DNA of 62,727 bases, taken from Gemmatimonadota bacterium. Its GTDB lineage: Bacteria; Gemmatimonadota; Gemmatimonadetes; Gemmatimonadales; Gemmatimonadaceae. The notes below the pieces were generated by a model. That model saw only the letters and a list, made by a program, of their open reading frames with translations, made no database searches and had not been told where the DNA came from. This document shows positions 11,916 through 21,282 of this stretch, in pieces. The stretch spans positions 1-62,727 of the forward strand of contig JANMLN010000127.1 in the NCBI GenBank assembly GCA_031372565.1, given 5' to 3'. The first letter of the stretch is position 1. The number at the start of each line of letters is the position of its first letter. A program made the translations under genes and the position numbers.

Positions 11916-13211
11916 TTACACCGCCACGCGGGCCAGCAACGCACGCACCAGCGCCCACGACCGGACCGTGGCGCCACGCTCCGACTCGACGACCGCGCGG
12001 GCGCGCTGGCCCACGGTGCGCCCTTCGGCCGCTCCGTCAGCGAGCCAGTGCGTGAGTCGCCGGGCCACGCTGCTCACGTCGCCCTCAGCGGCGCCCCCAC
12101 CGGCCTCCAGGAGCCGCAACGCATCTCGGCTTCGGGAATGCTGCGGCCCGAACAGCACAGGGGCTCCGAACGCCGCCGGCTCAAGCACGGAATGCAGCCC
12201 CGCCGCGTGGAAACCGCCTCCCACAAAGGCCGCGTTCGCGAGCGCGTACAGGTCGCCCAGCACCCCCATCCGGTCCACGAGCACCACGTCGGCTGCGGCC
12301 GCGCCTGCGCTCCCGATCCGGCCGCAGGACAGGGCCGCCGCGCTCGCCCACCCCTCGATTGCGGCCAGATGCGGCGCACCCAACTCATGCGGAGCGATGA
12401 TCAGGCGCGCGGTCGGCACATCGGCGCGCAGGCGCGACCAGGCGGGGAGCAACACGCGCTCGTCGGCGGGCCAGGTGGAGCCTGCGACCAGTGTCGGCCG
12501 GCCGTCGAGCAAAGGCGCCACGACGGGATGGTCGCGTGTCACGCGCTCGGCGCGCTGGGCCACCTGGTCGTAGCGGGTGTCTCCGGTCACGGAGATGGCC
12601 GTGGGCCGCACCCCTGCGGCGACCAGTCGCTCGGCGTCGTCAGCGGTGATCGCGCCCACCCGGTCGAGGCTGGCGTACGCCGAACGCAGCAGCGACCATA
12701 GGCCACCCGCGCGCCGGGAGTCCGCTCCAAGCTGCGCGCTCACGAGGCCGATCGGGACGCGCCGCGCCGAGGCCTCCTGGACGAGGACCGGCCAGACATC
12801 GGCCTTGGTGAACACGAGCGCGCTGGGGCGCAGCGCCGCGAGCAAGCGGTGTGCGTTGTGTCGCGTATCGAAGGGCAAAGCGGCCGTCACGTCCGCCGGA
12901 ACGCCGCGGGCGAACGGTTCGGCCGAGGGGCTGAACCAGGTGAAGGCGCGCAGGAGCTCCGGCATCTCTGCGGCTGCCAGCTCGAGCACGGGTCGCGCCT
13001 GCAATCCTTCGCCCACCGACGCGGCGTGCATCCAGAGGAGCGGCGCCTCGGCCCGCCGCGCGCTCTCGCCCCATGCCTCGAGGTGCGCCAGCGACGCAGC
13101 ACGCTGGGAAAAGGTGCGAGCGAGCTTGCCGCCAGCGGAGGCGGGCACGAGGTGCGCGAGTGCCTCGGCCAGTTGCATGGCCGCGAGGTAGGGCGGGACA
13201 CTCCAGGACAT
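11916..13211 (-). CDS. waaA: 3-deoxy-D-manno-octulosonic acid (Kdo) transferase
   Basis: WMHAASVGE, LPFD, VTGDTRYD, AGST, IIAPH, AFVGGG...HSVLEPA. Confidence 0.9.
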   Translation of the reverse strand: MSWSVPPYLAAMQLAEALAHLVPASAGGKLARTFSQRAASLAHLEAWGESARRAEAPLLWMHAASVGEGLQARPVLELAAAEMPELLRAFTWFSPSAEPFARGVPADVTAALPFDTRHNAHRLLAALRPSALVFTKADVWPVLVQEASARRVPIGLVSAQLGADSRRAGGLWSLLRSAYASLDRVGAITADDAERLVAAGVRPTAISVTGDTRYDQVAQRAERVTRDHPVVAPLLDGRPTLVAGSTWPADERVLLPAWSRLRADVPTARLIIAPHELGAPHLAAIEGWASAAALSCGRIGSAGAAAADVVLVDRMGVLGDLYALANAAFVGGGFHAAGLHSVLEPAAFGAPVLFGPQHSRSRDALRLLEAGGGAAEGDVSSVARRLTHWLADGAAEGRTVGQRARAVVESERGATVRSWALVRALLARVAV

Positions 13212-13232
13212 CACGAGCGGGGGAGCTCCGTG

Positions 13233-13271
13233 AAAAGAAACGCGGCGGGCGCCCGAGAGGGACCCGCCGCG
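13233..13271 (-). terminator. Intrinsic terminator of the minus-strand DUF4397-like gene
   Basis: Minus strand CGCGGCGGG...CCCGCCGCG followed by TTTCTTTT. Confidence 0.7.
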
Positions 13272-13299
13272 CTTGTGACCGCCGAAGCGGCCATGACGA

Positions 13300-14163
13300 C
13301 TACTTGTCGGCCAGAATGATCAAGCGTCCGCAATCAGCCGGCGGCGCGGCGGTCGTGCGACCGGTGGCAACGATGCCAGCCGGCACGCCGCACTGCGGCA
13401 GCCACGCCGTGGCGGAGAGCGGGTCGACCGCACGCGCCTGGCCCGGGAAGGGCGCGGCCGGGAACGGGCGGGGGTCGCCGAAGACGACCGTGCGAACCAC
13501 GGCGCCGGTGCCCGTGATGCTGCCGGTCGCGAGCGGGGTGGACGTCGCCGGAACCGCGTTGGCCAGATACACCTCGACGGTCAGGTTGCCCTGCGCCTCC
13601 GGACGGTACGCCGTCCGGGTCAGGCGACCAAGTCCGATCACGTCCGGCGTCGCGGGACGCGCGCTGCCGGTGGGGTAGATGTACACGTCGACGGCGTCGC
13701 TGGCGTTCGTGAGGTAGTCGACGCCGTTGTAGACGCGGACGAGCGAGCTATCCGCGCGCGAACCGGCTGTGTCCGGGAGTGCAACGAAGCCGTAGATCGG
13801 GGCAGGGCCCGGGAGCAACGGGTTCACGATGACGTTGCCAAACGAGATGATCGTGAACTTGCCGTCGACGCCGAGGCCCGCAACGCCACTGAAGAAATTC
13901 GACGTGGTCCCGGTGACGCGAATGGCGAGCTGGCTCGCCCACGGCACCGTCACGTACGTCGGTGTGGCGGACGAGGTCGCACCGAATGCCACCGTCGTGG
14001 TCGTGGGACCATGAATGAAATCGAGGCTGGCGGTATCGCCGGTGACGTTGACGTACCGCACCTGGGCATTGCCCGAGGCAAGGCTGGGTGCCGTCGAGTC
14101 GTCCTTGCAGCCGACGAGCGCGACGATGGCGAGTGACGCTGCGAACGAACCAAGGAGTCGCAT
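13300..14163 (-). CDS. DUF4397-like lipoprotein
   Basis: Lipobox LVGC, AQVRYVNV, second VRVYNG...AVDVYI unit. Confidence 0.75.
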   Translation of the reverse strand: MRLLGSFAASLAIVALVGCKDDSTAPSLASGNAQVRYVNVTGDTASLDFIHGPTTTTVAFGATSSATPTYVTVPWASQLAIRVTGTTSNFFSGVAGLGVDGKFTIISFGNVIVNPLLPGPAPIYGFVALPDTAGSRADSSLVRVYNGVDYLTNASDAVDVYIYPTGSARPATPDVIGLGRLTRTAYRPEAQGNLTVEVYLANAVPATSTPLATGSITGTGAVVRTVVFGDPRPFPAAPFPGQARAVDPLSATAWLPQCGVPAGIVATGRTTAAPPADCGRLIILADK

Positions 14164-14427
14164 GCGGAATACCTACGGGGTTCTAGGGTGGGAATTCAAC
14201 AAACGGCATCGGTGCACCCGACGCCGCGAGCACGGCCGCGCCGACCCGAGCAGGCTCAGGGCAGCAACGACGTGTAACGCGGAAGCCTCTAAACTCCCCA
14301 CTCCGGCCGTATCTCGCAAGGCCGTAACGAAACGGTAGTTCCGAAAGGGGGAGGCCTGGGGATTGGGCCGGCGCAGGCTCGGTTCGGTTGTTTCGCGGTA
14401 TTCGGCCCTCGGCGGTTGGCCGACTGG

Positions 14428-15099
14428 CTACTTTTTGGCGGCCTTGACCAGCATCTGGTCGATGATCTTCGTGAAGTCGGCCGCGGGCATCAGTCCGGCC
14501 ACGGCGGTGTCGCCGATAAAGAAGCTGGGGGTGCTGTTGACCCCCGCGCGCACGCCGCGCCCGGCGTCGGCGTCCACGAGCACCCGGGCCCTCTTCTGGC
14601 TGACGCACCCCCGTTGTGCGGTCAGGTCGAGGCCCGCTTTCTGGGCCAGTCCCTCGAAGACCGCCGTGGGGTCGCCCACCTGTGCCCACTGCTCCTGCGA
14701 GGCGAACAGGGCGTCGTGGAAGGCCCAGAACTTCCGCTGCGCGGCGGCGCACATGGCCGCGTCGGCCGCCGGCTGGGCGTTCTTGTGCATCGGCAGGGGA
14801 AAGTTGAGGAACGCGACACGCACCTTCCCCGTGTTCACGTAGTCCCGCCGCAGGACCTCATCGACCTGATCGTGCCACTGCTTGCAATAGGGGCACTGGA
14901 AGTCGGAAAAGATCACGACCCACACCTTGGCCTTGTCGCTGCCCAGAATACGCCCGCTGTCGGCGCGGGCGACGAGCGCCGTATCGAACAGGAGCGGTTT
15001 GGCTGGTTGCGCGGCCGGCGCGGCGGGTGCCGCAGGGCGCGCCTGCGCGCCGAGCGCGAGCGGGAGGCAGAACGTGATGAGGGCAGCGAGTCGGCGCAC
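14428..15099 (-). CDS. DsbA-family thioredoxin-fold protein
   Basis: FSDFQCPYC, NFPLPMH, GVNSTPSFFI cis-Pro loop; signal peptide from GTG 15099. Confidence 0.88.
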   Translation of the reverse strand: MRRLAALITFCLPLALGAQARPAAPAAPAAQPAKPLLFDTALVARADSGRILGSDKAKVWVVIFSDFQCPYCKQWHDQVDEVLRRDYVNTGKVRVAFLNFPLPMHKNAQPAADAAMCAAAQRKFWAFHDALFASQEQWAQVGDPTAVFEGLAQKAGLDLTAQRGCVSQKRARVLVDADAGRGVRAGVNSTPSFFIGDTAVAGLMPAADFTKIIDQMLVKAAKK

Positions 15100-15294
15100 G
15101 AGGCGTGGGGTCAAGGAAGGTGGCCAGACGCGTGGGGCGCGCCTGCAGGGCAAAATACACCGCCACCGCGCAACCGATGCGGCGAATCTTCGGTGCCGCC
15201 GGGGACGTAGTATTGTCACAAGACGCGCGCACCGATGCGGGGGTTCCGTGTCGACCGCTCTCGACCCGAACAGGAGCTCGACCTGACCGTGTGG

Positions 15295-16098
15295 ATGACC
15301 GCCGTGGTGCCGCCGCCGCTGCTCAAGGGCGTGATGGTCTGGGCGGCGTTGCAGCTCCAGCTTCCGGCCCCGACCGGGATGGTGAACGACCTGGCCGGGG
15401 TGCTCCCGGCGGCCACGGCGGCGCGTCTCGAGCGGCTCGTGACTGCCGTGCGCGCCAAGTCCGGGGGCGAGATCGCCGTCGTGACGCTGCGTGACCTGGG
15501 CGGGCGCGAGGCCGGCGATGTCGCCCTCCAGATCGGCCGTGAGTGGAAGATTGGCGCCAACGCCGACATCGGCGACAAGCGCCGCAACGCCGGTGTGGTG
15601 CTGCTGGTGGTGCCCAAGGAAACCAGCGCCGATGGGCGCGGCCGCATGTACATCGCCACCGGCCAGGGGACCGAAGGGTTCATCAACGATGCCGTGGCAG
15701 GCGATATCCGCCGCGAAGCGATGCCCCTGTTGCGGGCCGGCGACTACGCGAGCGCGATCACGCTGATGACGCAGCGGCTCTCGGAGCGCTTTGCGGCAGA
15801 GTTCGCGTTCACGCTCGACTCCATGGACCTGCAGCGCGTCGCGGCTCCGCGCGCGCCACCGCGACGCTCGAGCGGCATCACTCCCGTGTTATTCATCTTC
15901 GGCATCACGTTCATCTTCATCGTGCTCTCGATACTGTCACGTCGCGGGGGCGGGATGGGCGGCGTCTATCTTGGTGGGGGGGGGTGGTCGTCGGGTGGTG
16001 GCGGCGGATGGTCGCGCGGCGGCGGTGGGGGCGGTGGGTTTGGCGGCTTCGGTGGTGGTGGGGGCTTCAGCGGAGGAGGATCCGGTGGCGACTGGTAG
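15295..16098 (+). CDS. TPM-domain (YgcG-like) membrane protein with Gly-rich tail
   Basis: VNDLAGVL, EIAVVT, WKIG, NAGVVLLV, TM segment, GGGFSGGGSGGDW; start uncertain. Confidence 0.88.
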   Translation: MTAVVPPPLLKGVMVWAALQLQLPAPTGMVNDLAGVLPAATAARLERLVTAVRAKSGGEIAVVTLRDLGGREAGDVALQIGREWKIGANADIGDKRRNAGVVLLVVPKETSADGRGRMYIATGQGTEGFINDAVAGDIRREAMPLLRAGDYASAITLMTQRLSERFAAEFAFTLDSMDLQRVAAPRAPPRRSSGITPVLFIFGITFIFIVLSILSRRGGGMGGVYLGGGGWSSGGGGGWSRGGGGGGGFGGFGGGGGFSGGGSGGDW

Positions 16099-16123
16099 CA
16101 CGCAGGGGGTTGCACCCGCGCGC

Positions 16124-16831
16124 ATGGGCACGGACGCGCTGGTGCCGCGACTCGTCGCCGCGCTCGGCGCGTCGCTCGACGCTGTGGTGCTGTTCGGGTC
16201 GGCGGCGGGTTCCGAGCATCATCAGGCGCATTCGGACATGAATGTGCTGGTGCTGCTCTCGCGCTTCGGTCCGGGCGAACTCACGCCGGCGTTTGCGGCG
16301 GTGACGCGCGATTGGGCGGCGGCTGGGCAGCCGACTCCCCTGGTCATGACGTCGGCGGAGTTTCATCGCAGCACGGACATCTTTCCCATCGAGCTCGGCG
16401 ACATCCTGGCTCGGCACAGGGTGCTGCACGGCGAGGTGTCGTTCGCGGGGATGCAGGTGGCGGCGGCGAATCTGCGGCTCCAACTGGAACAGGAGGCGAT
16501 GGGGAAGCTGCTCAAGCTGCGGAGTGCGATCCTCGCCGCCGATGGCGATGCCGACCGGCAGCGCGCGCTGTTGGTGAAGAGCTTCTCGACGTTCATGGTG
16601 CTCTTTCGCGCGCTGGAGCGATTGGTCGGCGCGCCACCGACCGACGGATACGACGAACTGGTGGGGTCGGTTGCGGTGCGCGTCGGGTTCGACGCGGCGC
16701 CCTGGCTGGCGGTCGCACGGCACCGGCGTGGCGCGGGGCCGCTCGATGGTCCGGCCGCACTCCTGCCCGGGTACCTGGCGGGGGCGGAGAAACTTGCGGC
16801 CTTTCTGGACGTATATCCTACGGGAGCGTAG
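16124..16831 (+). CDS. Pol-beta-superfamily nucleotidyltransferase-like protein
   Basis: VVLFGSAAG...SDMNVLVL, DIFPIE. Confidence 0.7.
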   Translation: MGTDALVPRLVAALGASLDAVVLFGSAAGSEHHQAHSDMNVLVLLSRFGPGELTPAFAAVTRDWAAAGQPTPLVMTSAEFHRSTDIFPIELGDILARHRVLHGEVSFAGMQVAAANLRLQLEQEAMGKLLKLRSAILAADGDADRQRALLVKSFSTFMVLFRALERLVGAPPTDGYDELVGSVAVRVGFDAAPWLAVARHRRGAGPLDGPAALLPGYLAGAEKLAAFLDVYPTGA

Positions 16832-16873
16832 CGCGGCATCGGCCGCACGGCGTTTCCCCTTCTTCAACGGACA

Positions 16874-17467
16874 ATGACAACGATGCGACGCATCTGGCTG
16901 GCCGCTGTCGTGGCGCCTCTGGCGCTGACGGGCTGCGGGTACAACTCGATCCAGAAGTTTGATGAACAGGCGCAGGCGGCCAAGCAGCAGATCGAAGTGC
17001 AGTTGCAGCGGCGTGCGGACCTGATCCCCAATCTCGTGCAGACCGTGAAGGGGTATGCGGCGCAGGAGGAGGCGATCTTCGTGAAGGTCGCCGAGGCGCG
17101 TGCGGGGCTGCTGGGGGCCATCAAGGGGGGCGATCCGGCGCAGATGGCGGACGCCAACCAGGGGCTCACGGGGGCGATGGGGCGGTTGCTGGCGATTTCG
17201 GAGTCGTACCCGCAGCTCAAGAGCGACCAGTCGTTCTTGCGGCTGCAGGACGAGCTGGCCGGGACGGAGAACCGGATCGCGGTGTCGCGGACGGATTACA
17301 ACGCGGCGGTGCAGACGTACAACACGTACATCCGGTCGTTTCCGCAGGTGCTGACGGCGAAGGCGACGGGGGCGAAGGAGCGGACGTACTTCGAGACGAC
17401 GTCGGCGGCGGCGAAGGAGGTCCCGACGGTGGATTTCGGGAAGGGAGACGGTTCGAAGAAGCCATAG
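16874..17467 (+). CDS. lemA: LemA family protein
   Basis: QRRADLIPNLV, ESYPQLK, LAGTENRIAVSR..YN, SFP. Confidence 0.93.
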   Translation: MTTMRRIWLAAVVAPLALTGCGYNSIQKFDEQAQAAKQQIEVQLQRRADLIPNLVQTVKGYAAQEEAIFVKVAEARAGLLGAIKGGDPAQMADANQGLTGAMGRLLAISESYPQLKSDQSFLRLQDELAGTENRIAVSRTDYNAAVQTYNTYIRSFPQVLTAKATGAKERTYFETTSAAAKEVPTVDFGKGDGSKKP

Positions 17468-17577
17468 CTTTTCCCGTGGTGTAGGCGGGTCGGCTTCGGG
17501 TTTTATTCTGTTCCATTAAGATATTGTTAATCGGCTCAAGTTCTGGGGATTCCGGGGCTTGGGCCGATCTTTTCTTA

Positions 17578-17606
17578 TTGACAGCACCGTGACGGACACG
17601 TACCGT
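17578..17606 (+). promoter_or_regulatory. Sigma70-type promoter upstream of second susC
   Basis: TTGACA-17 bp-TACCGT. Confidence 0.65.
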
Positions 17607-17613
17607 CACAATC

Positions 17614-17808
17614 ATGGAACCTTACCGCCTCGGCTTTTCCGTGGGCGGCGGCGTTGGCTTCGTACCCGAAGCGGCGTCGCCCGACCGTGTATTCGGTTGG
17701 GCGACGCCTCGTTTTTTTCTTCGGAACGAGCGGCGTTTGGCCACCCAATTGGCGATCCGAGGTTCAGGCCCCGGTCCGGTGTCGCGCGGGCACGCGGGAG
17801 CCGGCTGA
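17614..17808 (+). CDS. Candidate leaderless leader ORF (64 aa)
   Basis: ATG 7 nt after the -10 box; no homology recognised. Confidence 0.3.
   Translation: MEPYRLGFSVGGGVGFVPEAASPDRVFGWATPRFFLRNERRLATQLAIRGSGPGPVSRGHAGAG
17673..17721 (+). terminator. Intrinsic terminator inside the susC leader
   Basis: GGCGTCGCCCGACCG-TGTATT-CGGTTGGGCGACGCC then TCGTTTTTTTCTT. Confidence 0.8.
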
Positions 17809-17968
17809 CGGCGATCCCCGAGAGCTGAAGGAGGGCTACGTCACGCGTACAGCTGTTGTTCGAGTAGGTGAAGTGCCGCAGGGTAGTGCAGGAGTAGCAG
17901 GCAGGAGTGGAGTGCTGGTGAGCGCCGCCGACCATCGGCGGGAAACATTCCCGGAGGAACGAGGACTC

Positions 17969-20900
17969 ATGAATCGCAACGTGTTTCGTCTGATGAGTGC
18001 GGTGGTCGCATCGGCAGTGATGCCGATGGCGGCAATTGCGCAGCAGGCGACGATCACGGGCAGCGTGCGGAACGAGCTCGGTGAGCCGCTTCGCTACGCA
18101 ACCGTGTCCGTCGAGCGCCTGAACGCAGGGGCGCAGACCAATGAGAACGGCGTCTATACCATCGTGGTGCCCGGCGCGCGCGCCGAGGGCCAGTCGGTGA
18201 CGATCACGGCCCGGTTGGTGGGGTTCAAGCCGCAGAGCCAGACCTTCGTGCTGGCGTCCGGCACGTCGACCAAGGATTTCCGTCTCGAGAAGAACCCGCT
18301 GCTCCTGGGTGAGGTCGTCGTGACGGGTTCGGGCACGACCAACGTTCGCGAGCGTCTCGCCTCGGACATTTCATCGGTCAAGTCCGAAGACATCAAGAAG
18401 TCGAACGAAGTCAACATCGTGAACTCGTTGGCCGCCAAGGCCCCGGGCGTCGAAGTGACGTCGCAGGCAGGTGATCCGGGCGCAGGCAGCCAGATCATCA
18501 TCCGCGGCATCAAGACGCTGCAGGGTTCGGCGCAGCCGCTGTTCATCGTCGACGGCGTGCCGATCGACAACTCGTCGACGTTCACCAGCCAGTCGGGCGA
18601 CATCGGCACGGTGACGACCAACCGTGCGGCCGACATCAACCCGAACGACGTCGAGTCGATCGAAGTCCTCAAGGGTGCGGCCGCCTCGATGCTCTACGGC
18701 CAGCGCGCCTCGGCCGGCGTCATCCTGATCACGACCAAGGCCGGTCGTGCCGGCGAGACCCGCTACACGCTGTCGTCGAACAACACGTTCGATGAAGTCA
18801 ACCGAACGATCCCGATGCAGTCCACGTACTGCCGCGGCAACAAGGGGGTGAATGCGGCCCCCGAGTGCGGTGGTCCGGCCTACGGCCTCGGCGCCGCGCC
18901 GCAGTCCCGCTCGTGGGGCAATGTGGTCCCGACGGGCACGCAGACCTACGATCACTTCGGTGAGCTCTTCCGCACGGGCAACACGTTCGACAACACGCTC
19001 TCCATCTCCGGTGGTGATGCGCGTCGCACATTCTTCCTGTCGGCCGGCGCGACCAACCAGAAGGGCATCATCGTCGGGCCGAACAACGAGTACAACCGGT
19101 ACACGGTCCGCCTCAAGGCGACGCAGCAGCTGACGGATGAACTCCGCATCGGCGGCAACATCAGCTACGCCGACATCCGGGCGCGCTACGTGCAGCGCGG
19201 CAACAACCTGAACTCGCTCCTCCTCGGCGCAACGCGCACCCCGCCCGAGTACAACAGCGCCAACTACGTCGATGCGGTCACGGGTGCACAGATCAGCTAC
19301 CGCCGCCCGCGCCCGATCGACATCACGCAGGACCCGGTGTACGACAACCCGTTCTGGGTCGTCAACAAGCACACCAACACGAGCAACGTCGGCCGCACGG
19401 TCGGCAACATCCTCGTGGACTACCAGCCACTCAACTGGCTCAAGGTCAACTACACCTTGGGCGCGGACTACTACGCCGACGACCGCGTGTCGGCACTGCC
19501 CCCGGGTTCGGCCGGCGACGGACTGCCCGGCCAGATCTACCAGGGCAACTACAGCAACCTGATCATCGACCATAACCTGCTCGTCACGGCGCAGCGGGAT
19601 CTGGGCACCAACGTGCAGCTCCGCGCGTCCCTCGGTCAGAACCTCAACCTGCGCCGCTTCAAGGTGCTGCAGGTCGTCGGCTCGGGCTTCTCGGATCCGA
19701 CGCTGCTCACGCTGAACAACACGATTCCGTCCAACCTGCAGCCGCAGAACTTCGAGTCGAAGATCAACATCGGCGGCTACTTCGGTCAGGTCGAGGCCGA
19801 CCTGTGGAATCAGGTCTTCCTCTCCGGCGCCGTTCGCGCCGACCAGGCGTCGACGTACTCGACGGCCAACCGCACCAACTACTTCCCGAAGCTCTCGGGT
19901 GTGTGGAACGTGTCGAACACGCTGGGCAACACCACGCAGCGCGGGGTGCTCTCCTTCCTGAAGGTCCGCGCGGCGTACGGTCAGGTGGGCCGTGAGCCGG
20001 GCGCGTACCAGACGCTCACCACGTTCGGCAACGCCAGCGGCTTCTTCGCCTACGGCGGCGGTCCCACGACCGCGACGCAGGCCGGCCAGAACGGCCTCTA
20101 CTCGAGCGGCACGCTGGGCTTCACCGACATCAAGCCGGAGATCACGTCCGAGATCGAGTTCGGCGCGGACTTCGGATTGTTCAACCAGCGCATTGACGGA
20201 TCGATCACGTACTACGATGCGCAGACGACCGACGTGATCCTGTCGGTGCCGCTGCCGAGCTCGACGGGCTTCTTCTCGATCAACAAGAACGGCGCGAAGA
20301 TCGAGAACAAGGGCGTCGAAATCAGCCTGAACGGCCGCGTCATGGAGCGCACCAACTTCCGCTGGGAAGCGGGGGTGAACTTCACGCGCAACCGGAACCT
20401 CGTGAAGGACGTGCTGGGTGCCGAGTTCGTCGGCATCGCGGGCGGCTTCGGCGCGTCGGCGGCCGTCGCGAACAATCCGCTGGGCACGTTCTACCAGACG
20501 GACTTCGTGCGCTGCCTGTACAACGTTCCCGACAACACGAACATTCAGCCCGGGTCCGGCGTGCCGGGGAACGACATCAACGCGTACTGCCGCGCGCAGG
20601 GCGCCCCGCAGGGTGCGCTCTTCATCGATGCCACCGGCTTCCCGATTGCCGACGCGCAGAACCGCTCGACCGGTGACCCGAACGCCAACTATCTGCTCGG
20701 TCTCCGCAACAACATCACGCTCTACAAGAAGCTCAGCATCTCGATGCTGGTCGACATCAGGAACGGCGCCCAGAACTGGAACGGCACACGGGGCGCGCTC
20801 CAGAGCTTCGGCAAGGCGGTCTCGACGGCGGACAAGGGTCGCGCGGTGTACAACAGCGGGACCGGTACCTACACCGGTGGCGTGCGCACCTTCGGCACCG

Positions 20901-21274
20901 ACATCTTCGAAGGGGCTGTCACGGGCCCGGGCAAGGGCACGGCGGTCTCGGTCGGCCAGAACTGGTGGCGTGACGGCATCGGCGGCGGCGTGTTTGCCGG
21001 CCCCAGTGGCCAGCTCGTGGACAACGGCGCCTTCACGCGCCTTCGTGAAATCTCGGTCGCGTACTCGTTCGATCAGCCGTGGGTCAAGAAGTCGCTTGGC
21101 CTCTCGAGCATCGACATGCGCGTCTCGGGCCGCAACCTCAAGGTCTGGACCGACTATGAAGGTGTGGACCCGGAAACGAACCTCTTCGGTGGCACGGGCA
21201 TTGGACGTGGCATCGACTACTTCAACAATCCCCAGTCGCGGTCGTGGGCCATCAACTTCACCCTCAACCGCTAA
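17969..21274 (+). CDS. SusC/RagA-family TonB-dependent outer-membrane transporter
   Basis: GAGG RBS, signal peptide, EVVVTG, QPLFIVDGVP, DINPNDVESIEVLKGAAAS.LYG, GVDPE near the C-terminus. Confidence 0.94.
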   Translation: MNRNVFRLMSAVVASAVMPMAAIAQQATITGSVRNELGEPLRYATVSVERLNAGAQTNENGVYTIVVPGARAEGQSVTITARLVGFKPQSQTFVLASGTSTKDFRLEKNPLLLGEVVVTGSGTTNVRERLASDISSVKSEDIKKSNEVNIVNSLAAKAPGVEVTSQAGDPGAGSQIIIRGIKTLQGSAQPLFIVDGVPIDNSSTFTSQSGDIGTVTTNRAADINPNDVESIEVLKGAAASMLYGQRASAGVILITTKAGRAGETRYTLSSNNTFDEVNRTIPMQSTYCRGNKGVNAAPECGGPAYGLGAAPQSRSWGNVVPTGTQTYDHFGELFRTGNTFDNTLSISGGDARRTFFLSAGATNQKGIIVGPNNEYNRYTVRLKATQQLTDELRIGGNISYADIRARYVQRGNNLNSLLLGATRTPPEYNSANYVDAVTGAQISYRRPRPIDITQDPVYDNPFWVVNKHTNTSNVGRTVGNILVDYQPLNWLKVNYTLGADYYADDRVSALPPGSAGDGLPGQIYQGNYSNLIIDHNLLVTAQRDLGTNVQLRASLGQNLNLRRFKVLQVVGSGFSDPTLLTLNNTIPSNLQPQNFESKINIGGYFGQVEADLWNQVFLSGAVRADQASTYSTANRTNYFPKLSGVWNVSNTLGNTTQRGVLSFLKVRAAYGQVGREPGAYQTLTTFGNASGFFAYGGGPTTATQAGQNGLYSSGTLGFTDIKPEITSEIEFGADFGLFNQRIDGSITYYDAQTTDVILSVPLPSSTGFFSINKNGAKIENKGVEISLNGRVMERTNFRWEAGVNFTRNRNLVKDVLGAEFVGIAGGFGASAAVANNPLGTFYQTDFVRCLYNVPDNTNIQPGSGVPGNDINAYCRAQGAPQGALFIDATGFPIADAQNRSTGDPNANYLLGLRNNITLYKKLSISMLVDIRNGAQNWNGTRGALQSFGKAVSTADKGRAVYNSGTGTYTGGVRTFGTDIFEGAVTGPGKGTAVSVGQNWWRDGIGGGVFAGPSGQLVDNGAFTRLREISVAYSFDQPWVKKSLGLSSIDMRVSGRNLKVWTDYEGVDPETNLFGGTGIGRGIDYFNNPQSRSWAINFTLNR

Positions 21275-21282
21275 CCGGACAG

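Noticed and set aside
15945..16098. G-rich run at the end of the TPM gene
   Set aside because: Explained by the Gly-rich tail typical of this family
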